From assembly GCA_963787745.1 (NCBI GenBank), contig CAWBEB010000005.1, positions 2,260 through 66,259 on the forward strand: a stretch of DNA of 64,000 nucleotides, given 5' to 3'. The DNA comes from an uncultured Candidatus Micrarchaeota archaeon. Its GTDB lineage: Archaea; Micrarchaeota; Micrarchaeia; Micrarchaeales; Micrarchaeaceae. Each line of letters opens with the position of its first letter. Position 1 is the first letter of the stretch. Below, one piece after another: positions 49,247-56,939 of the stretch. Under the pieces are notes generated by a model. It worked only from the letters and a program-made list of their open reading frames with translations. It searched no databases and had not been told where the DNA came from. The position numbers and the translations under genes were made by a program.

Positions 49247-49747
49247 ATGAACGTTAAAACGGTAGAGTTGCACTTCGACAAGACCGAGCCCGGGGTCCAG
49301 ATAACGGACATAACAAGGCAGGTGGACCACTCGGTGATCGACTCGAAGGCAAAGGACGGCATAGTGATAGTTCACGTCAGCTCGCCCCGTCTGAGCATAA
49401 GCACCATGGACTACGAGGAGGGCAACATACAGGACCTAAAGGATGCGCTCTCAAAGCTCGAGCAGAAGCAGTCCGACAAGACCAACAGCATCTACGGGCA
49501 CAGCGTCGGCGGGCTGGGGACCGCCGTGAGCTTCATAGAGCACAAGGGCAAGCACTTAGGCCTGCCGAAGGCGCCGGGCGACAGGAGCATAATGCACGCC
49601 ATACTCGGGCCGAGCATAACCATACCGGTGAAGGAGAATAGGACGATGCTGGGCAAGTGGCAGCAGATACTGCTCTGGGACTTTGGGAAGGTCTCTGAGG
49701 TAAAGAGGGTCGTGGTGCAGATAATAGGGGACTTTTATACTGAGTGA
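49247..49747 (+). CDS. YjbQ/UPF0047 family protein (copy 1)
   Basis: ITDITRQV...GIVIVHVSSPRLSISTMDYEE...HAILGPSITIPVKENRTMLGKWQQILLWDF...VVVQIIG. A TATA-like box (GCTTTAAATAGC) lies about 30 nt upstream. Confidence 0.75.
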   Translation: MNVKTVELHFDKTEPGVQITDITRQVDHSVIDSKAKDGIVIVHVSSPRLSISTMDYEEGNIQDLKDALSKLEQKQSDKTNSIYGHSVGGLGTAVSFIEHKGKHLGLPKAPGDRSIMHAILGPSITIPVKENRTMLGKWQQILLWDFGKVSEVKRVVVQIIGDFYTE

Positions 49748-50196
49748 TTGTCATGGGAGTAAAAACTGCCGAGATTCAGGTTGAGAAGAAGGAGGAGGAC
49801 CTTTACGTTACGAAGATAACAGGGGAGGTGCAATCGGCCATAAAGAGCTCGAACTTCAAAAGCGGCATCGCCACGATATTCATAGGCTGCACCACCGCCA
49901 GCATAAGCACCATGGAGTACACGCCGGAGAGCATAAAGCACATGAGGGAGGCGCTCGAGCGGGTCGCGCCGTCGGACGGCCACTACCTGCACAACACCTC
50001 GGTGGGCGACATAAACGGCTACGGCGCCGACGACAACGGGAAGAGCCATGTAAGGGCCGCGATAATGGGGCCGAGCATAACCATACCGTTTAGCGAGGGC
50101 AAGATGCTGCTCGACAGCGGCCTCGAGGTCGTGCTGCTGGACTTCGACCTGATAAAGAGGAAGAGGAAGGTAATAGTGCAGCTGATAGGAGAATAG
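49744..50196 (+). CDS. YjbQ/UPF0047 family protein (copy 2, tandem paralog)
   Basis: ITGEVQSAI...GIATIFIGCTTASISTMEY...AAIMGPSITIPFSEGKMLLDSGLEVVLLDFD...VIVQLIG. It overlaps copy 1 by 4 nt. Confidence 0.75.
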   Translation: MIVMGVKTAEIQVEKKEEDLYVTKITGEVQSAIKSSNFKSGIATIFIGCTTASISTMEYTPESIKHMREALERVAPSDGHYLHNTSVGDINGYGADDNGKSHVRAAIMGPSITIPFSEGKMLLDSGLEVVLLDFDLIKRKRKVIVQLIGE

Positions 50197-50220
50197 GCCC
50201 AATCCTGACCAAATACCTAC

Positions 50221-50230
50221 TTTTATAATT
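50221..50230 (+). promoter_or_regulatory. TATA-like box of the surface-structure operon
   Basis: TTTTATAATT lies about 30 nt upstream of ATG 50260. Confidence 0.4.
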
Positions 50231-50259
50231 CTGTTAGTTGCATCATTAGCTGTGTCTCA

Positions 50260-52242
50260 ATGAAGGTTGACCAGTTTGTGACACTTGCAGCGTTAGCTTC
50301 GTTGCTTGTCCTAGCGCAGCCATTCGCCGGGTCCGCCACCCAGGTGAACGCCAGCGTGACAGTGATATGCCCCTTCGGCCTCTCCCTTTCGATGCTTTCC
50401 ACCTATCCGCGGGTTCCTATCATCAGCGTCAATTACACCGCGACGGCGACATCGGCATGCGCAGTGGGGAACCTCACCGGCAGCTTCAAGGTCCTCAACT
50501 CCAGCAGCAATGCCATAGTCTACCAGGAGCCGGTTGGCATACTTGGGAATGGGCACCCGCAGCTGCACGGAAGCGTCTCGTTCAGCACGTCGAACATGGC
50601 CAACTCCAGCTACACCGGTCTGCTATCTCTCGACGTCGGACCGTACACCGCTAGCACCCAGAATACCTTCGTGCTCCTCAATTACGCCAACGTCCTCATA
50701 ACCCAGTTCAGCGCGCCTCAGTCAGTTGGCCTAGGGGCTGCGCTTCCATTCTTTGTATCGCTGCAGAACGTGGGGCAGGTGGCATCAAGCCCGATAACGC
50801 TCTCGCTCCATGTCGCAGGCCCGCAGCCCTTCAATACGGTCTATGTATTTTCCGCCCTTTCGCCGGGCCAGAGCTCCAACACCACGATAGCGCTTGCGAA
50901 CGAAACGGGAGTGGCAGGTTCTTATAACGCGACGCTGGTGGCGACCTACAACTCGCTTGGCCAGACGGAGAACTCGACGCCGGCGACGGTTTCCTACTCT
51001 GTGACCGTGCCGCAGCAGAGCATCCCGGTCTCCACCTCTACGGGAGGCCTGCCGGTCAACGTGACCAACCTGCCGCCGAACCTTGTGTTCACCTACATGC
51101 CCCTTATAATCTCGGGCCAGCCCGGCACAATCGAGCAGAGCCAGATAGGGCTCAGGAACACCGGGCCGCTGGAGGAGCAGATAGGCCTCGGCGTTCCCGG
51201 AGTCTATTCTGGGCTGCTGGGTCTTTCATCCTACAGCGTTTCGCTGGCTCCGAATGAGAGCACGACGGTGCAGGTCTTCCTGAAGCCGAATCTGACGCTG
51301 CAGACAGGCGTATACACGGTGCCGATCAACGTCTCCGTGGTCTACCAGGGAGGCGGGATGGCAAACATCACCGAGTATATCACCTTCAGCCTTTTCAGGC
51401 AGAACGCCACCCAGCCCTCCATTTCGACGCAGATGTACCGGATAAACTCAACAGGAACAGCAAGTGGTGTCATATCGATTATCGCGCCGCGCGGAAGGGA
51501 CATAAGCAACACGACCCTCGTGCAGTGGATCCCGGCATCTGTGGCGGCGAACCTCTCAGACCTCAGCTTCTACGGCCTGCCCACGGTCATAACATTGGAG
51601 AACGGGACTTACAAGGTCGTCTCCTACATAGGCAACCTGCCGAGGAACCAGACGCTCTACGAATACTATTCCATAAAGGGAGCCATTGACCCGCAGCTCA
51701 TGCTAAGGTCCCAGTATGAGTTCTACACGCTCTCGCAGACCAACTCCTCCAGCATACTCAGGCTCGCCGGCATAAGCGCCCCGACCGTTACCAGCAATTC
51801 AATAGGGATCATAACGGTGTCGGTCCTTTACACAGGAACCAAGCCGGCGAACGTCAGCTTCTATGCCGTTCCGCCTCCGCAGATAACCCTTCAGAACTAC
51901 ACCCAGAATGCGAGCGCGGTGCCCAACGAGCTCCTTGTCAAGCAGTTCAAGATAATCGGGCACTCGAGCAACGGCACTTTCATACTGCAGTTATACATAA
52001 GAACATTGGGCGCCAACCTGAGCTACGGGATACCGATACTGATAAACCCTCCGCCGCAGTTCAAGCCAAGCCAAAGCACCCCGCTGATCCCATTTTATCT
52101 CCGAGTAGCAATATTTATAGTGTTAATCGTCATAGTAATAGCGTTGCTCAGGAGCCGCTTCGGAGGAAGGCAGACATATTCCTCAGAGAGGGCCGGGCGG
52201 TTGGTAAGGATTAAGGAGCAGATAAAAAGAGAGAGAGAATGA
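50260..52242 (+). CDS. Type I membrane glycoprotein with CARDB/Ig-like repeats (surface operon gene 1)
   Basis: Sec signal MKVDQFVTLAALASLLVLAQPFAG. CARDB-like segment ITQFSAPQSVGLGAALPFFVSLQNVGQVAS...ALSPGQSS. 26 N-x-S/T sequons by my hand count. C-terminal TM VAIFIVLIVIVIALL plus a short basic tail. Confidence 0.65.
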   Translation: MKVDQFVTLAALASLLVLAQPFAGSATQVNASVTVICPFGLSLSMLSTYPRVPIISVNYTATATSACAVGNLTGSFKVLNSSSNAIVYQEPVGILGNGHPQLHGSVSFSTSNMANSSYTGLLSLDVGPYTASTQNTFVLLNYANVLITQFSAPQSVGLGAALPFFVSLQNVGQVASSPITLSLHVAGPQPFNTVYVFSALSPGQSSNTTIALANETGVAGSYNATLVATYNSLGQTENSTPATVSYSVTVPQQSIPVSTSTGGLPVNVTNLPPNLVFTYMPLIISGQPGTIEQSQIGLRNTGPLEEQIGLGVPGVYSGLLGLSSYSVSLAPNESTTVQVFLKPNLTLQTGVYTVPINVSVVYQGGGMANITEYITFSLFRQNATQPSISTQMYRINSTGTASGVISIIAPRGRDISNTTLVQWIPASVAANLSDLSFYGLPTVITLENGTYKVVSYIGNLPRNQTLYEYYSIKGAIDPQLMLRSQYEFYTLSQTNSSSILRLAGISAPTVTSNSIGIITVSVLYTGTKPANVSFYAVPPPQITLQNYTQNASAVPNELLVKQFKIIGHSSNGTFILQLYIRTLGANLSYGIPILINPPPQFKPSQSTPLIPFYLRVAIFIVLIVIVIALLRSRFGGRQTYSSERAGRLVRIKEQIKRERE

Positions 52243-52243
52243 G

Positions 52244-53071
52244 ATGAGAAAAGGATCTTATGTGATACGGATTTCTTCCCAGAAGGGGGGTGTCGGGAAG
52301 ACCACGATTGCGGTAAATATCGCGGCGGTCCTTAGCGCCTTGAACTACAAGGTCCTTCTCGTCGACGCGGATTACTCGAATCCGAGCGTGGGGTTTCACC
52401 TCGGGCTTGAGCAGGCGAGCCGGGGCTACATAGACGCTATTAAGGGAAAGACCAACCTCAAAGAGATCATCGTGCCACACGGGCCGAGCGGCATCCATGT
52501 CCTTCCGGGGAGGCTGGCGTCCAGGGTCAAGACCCCGAGCGCGGAGGAGATGGTGGACCTCTACAGGAAACTGCGCGAATTGAATTACGACTTCGTCCTG
52601 GTGGACACTGCGCCAGGTCTCCTGCCGGACAGGGACTTCGCCGACCTCAAGAGCTTCGACGAATCCATAATAGTCACGACGCCGGAGATGTCCTCCTGCA
52701 CCAGCGCCATAAGGCTGGCCCACGTCTACGACGAGATCGGCCTCAAGCACTCGCTCATAGCCAATAGGATAAAGAACAAGAAGTACGAGGTGAGCATGCA
52801 GGAGATAGAGGAGTCCTACGAAGGCACGGTGACCGGCATGATACCGGAGGATGAGGTGGTGCCGATCAGCATAGCCGAGCACATACCGGCGTACCTCCTC
52901 AACCAGAGGAGCGGCTTCTCAATCAGCATAGGCAAGACCTCAAGGAGGTACGGAGCCAAGATCGGTGCGGGATACGACATCGGAATGGGCGGATCCGGAA
53001 TCCTTGCGATGATCCTCTCCTGGCTTGGCTTTAGGAGAAGGAACAGGATAGCGGAGTCGGTAAAGGAGTAG
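52244..53071 (+). CDS. MinD/ParA-family P-loop ATPase (surface operon gene 2), paralog of 7211-7996
   Basis: SSQKGGVGKTT, LLVDADYSNPSVG, LVDTAPG and IPAYLLN are shared with the 7211-7996 product. C-terminal amphipathic/hydrophobic segment GILAMILSWLGFRRR. The start is 1 nt after the previous stop. Confidence 0.85.
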   Translation: MRKGSYVIRISSQKGGVGKTTIAVNIAAVLSALNYKVLLVDADYSNPSVGFHLGLEQASRGYIDAIKGKTNLKEIIVPHGPSGIHVLPGRLASRVKTPSAEEMVDLYRKLRELNYDFVLVDTAPGLLPDRDFADLKSFDESIIVTTPEMSSCTSAIRLAHVYDEIGLKHSLIANRIKNKKYEVSMQEIEESYEGTVTGMIPEDEVVPISIAEHIPAYLLNQRSGFSISIGKTSRRYGAKIGAGYDIGMGGSGILAMILSWLGFRRRNRIAESVKE

Positions 53072-55435
53072 GTGGCGAGCGTGGACAAAGACTCGGCAGA
53101 GGCGGCCGCGATATTTGTCATTGTAATCGCTGCACTCGGAGTGCTGAACATGGGGGTCGCAATGGGCGCGAACGTCACCAACTCCACGACAAGCAACACC
53201 TTCAATTCAATAAGCTCATCCTCCAGCACAGTCAACACAAGTACAATCTCGACATCCAGTACTGTAAACACTACCTCTACAACTAGCATAGTCGACACAA
53301 TGACGTCCAGCACTGTAAACACGACTTCCACAATCAACATCTTCAACACTACCACTACGCTGAACGGCACGACATCGAACATACCATCCCTGATACCAAG
53401 GTCACCGGGCATCCCCATCCTGAACGGAACAGGAAACACGGTAAGAGGTCCATCCACGGCGTTGATAAACGCAAGGGGAGGATTCGCCAGGACCAGCCTT
53501 GCAGTAAGATCGAGGGGCGCCAACCTGAACATAAGCACCGGATCGGTGCTATACGGAGTCAGGGTTAGATTCAAGAATAGCACCGTGACGAGGTTCAACG
53601 TCAGCGTGGCCAATGGAACTCAGGTGCCGGCAATGGCGCCGGCACCTAGCGCGCTGGTCTACCAGTACATACAGATAAACGACACGGTCTACAACACCAC
53701 CAATTCGGTGGATCCCTACATATCAAACGTGACCTACAACTTTCAGGTCCAAAGCGGATGGCTCGCCCAGCAGGGAATCGCCCCGCAGAACATAACCCTC
53801 CTCAAGTACATAAACTCGAGCCAGAGCTGGATCTCGCTCCAGACTTCGGTAGTGGGCTTCAACTCCAGCGATTTCTTCTATTCGGCGGTTTCCAACTCGT
53901 TCTCCACCTATGCGATAACGTATCCGGGCCCGGCGAACGCGGCAGTGACCGGGCAGAACAGCATAACCCTGTTGCTTTCCTCCCAGCCCTCGTTCAACTA
54001 CTTTTGGGCTTTCGCGGTCAATGCGCTATCAGGAGCCAGGGCCGGAGTTGGATTCAATTGGACTTCGACCTCCAATGCCTTTCTCACGGTCAATGCACCC
54101 AACAATGCCAACGCCATAGTGTCGACCGGCTGGTCGACCAAGCCATCAGCGACCTACAACAACCCGGCTGCCACCGCCAACACCGGAAACATGGTTATCG
54201 TCGGGGTGGCGGCCAATGTGGTGGAAGCGAACAGCAAGGTATTCGTCGGGAACGGGCTGAAGGTCTCTTCGAACAGCCTGACTTTCACCGTCGCCACGGC
54301 AAACAGCCTTGTGATAGTCATGTCGGGGATATCCAACGGCCTTAATGCAACCACCAACTGGCTCACGGTCAATTCCGCGCTCGCAAACGTTGTGTATGGA
54401 AACAGCCTGACGAATGTGTGGGCTGGCATTAGGATCTTTAACTCCCTCCCGGCAGGCACCTACAAGGAGAGCACTAACGCGATAAACACGAATGCGATAA
54501 TAGCCACCTCCATTTTCGTCTTCCCCACCTATACGGTTACTTTCAACGACATACCCGGGACAGGAAGCATCGCGACCAACGGGGTCAGCCAGAAAACCGC
54601 GAACGCGGTCGCCGGGCTACTTGGAACTGGGACCATAAACGCCATAGCCCCGAATGCCAACTTCATCTTCAGCAGCTGGACCGTAAAAAATGCGGTTAAC
54701 ACAATAGTCGCCTCGTCCACATCATCCAACACTTATCTTACAGTAGAGGGGAACTCTGTTGTTACCGCCAACTACAACGGCCTGACCACCTTCCTCGAGA
54801 CTGGCCTTCCGGGCGGAACAACCTGGAACGTGGTCTACAATGGAATACTCAGCTACAACTCGCTTTCGCCCAACAATGCAAACGTGGTATTCAATACTAT
54901 CTGGCTAGGGAGCGCCTCCTACACCGTGAACAGCCAGGTGGTTGGGGGGAGCACCTACATCCCCAGCCCGGCATCCGGAACAGTAGTGGTGGGCAACGGG
55001 ATCAGCGTCGCGTTCTCCCTGGCCAGCTGCTTCGTATCAGTAAGCAACACTTTGGTGAATTTCGGATCCATAACTACGGGCTCCAATGTTCCTACGCAAA
55101 ACGCGGTGACCGTGACAGACAATAGCGGAAGCGTCGCCGCCAACATACTCATAGAAGGAGGAATAGGAAACGTGATAAACCCGGCAAACGACATATGGAA
55201 AGGGACGAGCGCGGGCAACACGATCGGGATATCGAACACGGTATGGAGCGCATCCCTCAACACCGCCTATGGAAGTGCAACCAGGGTAAGCAACACCCCG
55301 GTCGACACGCAGATACAGATACCCTCTCCCGGAGGCGGCTCGGCATCGAACAACATATACCTGGGCATGGGGATTCCAAGGGGCACGCCGGCGGACACCT
55401 ACACCACGAATGTGGTGATAGAGATCACCTGTTGA
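53072..55435 (+). CDS. 787-aa signal-anchored surface adhesin-like protein ending in the Cys-bracketed domain (surface operon gene 3)
   Basis: GTG start directly after the previous stop, preceded by AAGGAG. N-terminal anchor AAAIFVIVIAALGVL. S/T stalk with three SSTVNT-type repeats (DNA TCCAGYACWGTMAACAC at about 53222, 53255 and 53306). InlB-B-repeat-like YTVTFNDIPGTGSIATNG...FSSWTV. Thermopsin-type FLETGLPGGTTWNVVYNG. The last 135 aa are paralogous to the 55590 product. Confidence 0.65.
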   Translation: MASVDKDSAEAAAIFVIVIAALGVLNMGVAMGANVTNSTTSNTFNSISSSSSTVNTSTISTSSTVNTTSTTSIVDTMTSSTVNTTSTINIFNTTTTLNGTTSNIPSLIPRSPGIPILNGTGNTVRGPSTALINARGGFARTSLAVRSRGANLNISTGSVLYGVRVRFKNSTVTRFNVSVANGTQVPAMAPAPSALVYQYIQINDTVYNTTNSVDPYISNVTYNFQVQSGWLAQQGIAPQNITLLKYINSSQSWISLQTSVVGFNSSDFFYSAVSNSFSTYAITYPGPANAAVTGQNSITLLLSSQPSFNYFWAFAVNALSGARAGVGFNWTSTSNAFLTVNAPNNANAIVSTGWSTKPSATYNNPAATANTGNMVIVGVAANVVEANSKVFVGNGLKVSSNSLTFTVATANSLVIVMSGISNGLNATTNWLTVNSALANVVYGNSLTNVWAGIRIFNSLPAGTYKESTNAINTNAIIATSIFVFPTYTVTFNDIPGTGSIATNGVSQKTANAVAGLLGTGTINAIAPNANFIFSSWTVKNAVNTIVASSTSSNTYLTVEGNSVVTANYNGLTTFLETGLPGGTTWNVVYNGILSYNSLSPNNANVVFNTIWLGSASYTVNSQVVGGSTYIPSPASGTVVVGNGISVAFSLASCFVSVSNTLVNFGSITTGSNVPTQNAVTVTDNSGSVAANILIEGGIGNVINPANDIWKGTSAGNTIGISNTVWSASLNTAYGSATRVSNTPVDTQIQIPSPGGGSASNNIYLGMGIPRGTPADTYTTNVVIEITC

Positions 55436-55589
55436 AAGGCTGAACGGCCCGTTGGAAAAGTGCTACCTAAAAAGTGACTTGCGCTTAGAAAATGTGCCTG
55501 AAAGTATCTCTGAGCCGAAGAAAATAGGAATCAATTTAAAGGTGGTGGCTTTTTAAGCGTTTCTTTGCTATATTATCAAAGGCGATCAG

Positions 55590-56156
55590 ATGGACTTGAA
55601 GAGAATGATTTTGGGAGGCATGCTCACCATGGCGACGGTGGCTTTCCTGTTCGGCGCGCTGCTGAACCTGGGAGGCCTAATATCGTTTGGTGCTGGCACT
55701 ACCACCAACACGATTGGAGGAACCGTAGGGGTGCAGGCGGTCTGCGCCATCACCACAGTCAGCAACACGGCAGTGAACTTCGGATCTCTGGCTCCTGGAA
55801 CTAACGTGGGAACCCAGAACGTGGTAACGCTTACTGACAGCGGCGGAAACACCGCGTCTAACATACTAATAGCAGGAGGGCTTGGAAGCCTAAGCCCATA
55901 CAACGGGATATGGCTGGGCACCAGCGTTGCCAACCAGATAGGCATATCCAACACAGTTTGGAGCGCCACTTTGAACACAGCGTACGGCAGCGCAACCAAG
56001 GTTACTAACGCTTTGGTGATAACGCCGATACTCTTAACTGCCCCATCACAGGCAAACCCTTCCACATCAAACACAGTATTCCTTGGTATGGGAGTGCCGA
56101 GCGGGACAGCGGCGGACACATACACCACAAACATAGTGTTGGAAACAACGTGCTGA
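55590..56156 (+). CDS. 188-aa secreted protein consisting of signal peptide + Cys-bracketed domain (candidate fibre subunit; surface operon gene 4)
   Basis: Signal MDLKRMILGGMLTMATVAFLFGALL. The mature part CAITTVSNTAVNFGSLAPG...IGISNTVWSATLNTAYGSAT...ADTYTTNIVLETTC aligns along its whole length with 55028-55432. It has its own TATA-like box, CTATATTATC, about 20 nt upstream. Confidence 0.6.
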   Translation: MDLKRMILGGMLTMATVAFLFGALLNLGGLISFGAGTTTNTIGGTVGVQAVCAITTVSNTAVNFGSLAPGTNVGTQNVVTLTDSGGNTASNILIAGGLGSLSPYNGIWLGTSVANQIGISNTVWSATLNTAYGSATKVTNALVITPILLTAPSQANPSTSNTVFLGMGVPSGTAADTYTTNIVLETTC

Positions 56157-56166
56157 GCGGATTCCA

Positions 56167-56880
56167 ATGAATAGGACCTCGCTTGCCGTTCTTTCTCTTT
56201 TTTCTTTTCTATTCCTTTTTTCTTCCATTTCGACAGCGCAGCTTGGCGAAGTCGCAGGCCAGCCGCACTTCAATGTAAGCATAGGCGGCAGCAACTCGAT
56301 CCAGATAACAGTAATAAACGAGGCGACATACCCGCTTCCGGTTAGGGTCATACTCCCCTCGCTGACAAGCACCGACGCCAATGCCATAACGCCGGACCTT
56401 ACAGCGAATCCGATGGTTGCCACGATACCGGCAGGAAAGGAACTCAACATAAACCTCACTGTCAGGATGCCGGGGGGCACCAACAAGCCGGGCTATTCCT
56501 GGAGCGGCATACTTCAGGTCGTTACCGCACCCAATTCGACAAGCGGAGGGTCCACGGGCGCCACGATAATCGAGGGAGTCGCAAAGATAGTCAGCATAAG
56601 CGCGATAAAGTCCACGTTCAACATCTATGATTACCTGATACCGGCCGTCATTGTGATAATCGTCGTTGCGGCCATTGTTGTCGCATACAAGAAGGGCATG
56701 TTCGCAAGGAAGAAGAAGGCGCAGCCGACAGCGGCCAAGACCAAGGCGGCGGCAACTAGGAAGGGTAAGAAAGTGGCGGCTAAGTCAAGAAGGGCTAGAA
56801 AGGGCAAGAAGAGCGGTGCCGGCAGGCCGAGGGGCAGGAGCAAAAGGACCACAAGGCCGCGCCGGCGCAGCAGGAGGTAG
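56167..56880 (+). CDS. Signal-peptide Ig-like protein with C-terminal TM and 63-aa polybasic cytoplasmic tail (surface operon gene 5)
   Basis: Signal LAVLSLFSFLFLFSSISTAQ. Beta-rich ectodomain (IQITVINEATYPLPVRVILP...ELNINLTVRMPGG). TM LIPAVIVIIVVAAIVVAY. The tail has 30 K/R in 63 residues by hand count. Confidence 0.6.
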   Translation: MNRTSLAVLSLFSFLFLFSSISTAQLGEVAGQPHFNVSIGGSNSIQITVINEATYPLPVRVILPSLTSTDANAITPDLTANPMVATIPAGKELNINLTVRMPGGTNKPGYSWSGILQVVTAPNSTSGGSTGATIIEGVAKIVSISAIKSTFNIYDYLIPAVIVIIVVAAIVVAYKKGMFARKKKAQPTAAKTKAAATRKGKKVAAKSRRARKGKKSGAGRPRGRSKRTTRPRRRSRR

Positions 56881-56939
56881 CCCTTTTCAGTCCCCACCCT
56901 TTTATACTTTCGGTTCTTTCCAACTAACGCAGGGAGGGC

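Noticed and set aside
55456-55496. Three AAAAGTG / AAAAAGTG / AAAATGTG motifs spaced 14-20 nt apart in the intergenic region before the fibre-subunit gene
   Set aside because: The motifs are short and degenerate, lie in an A-rich region and are irregularly spaced. They could be a regulator site, but that cannot be supported from this window alone.
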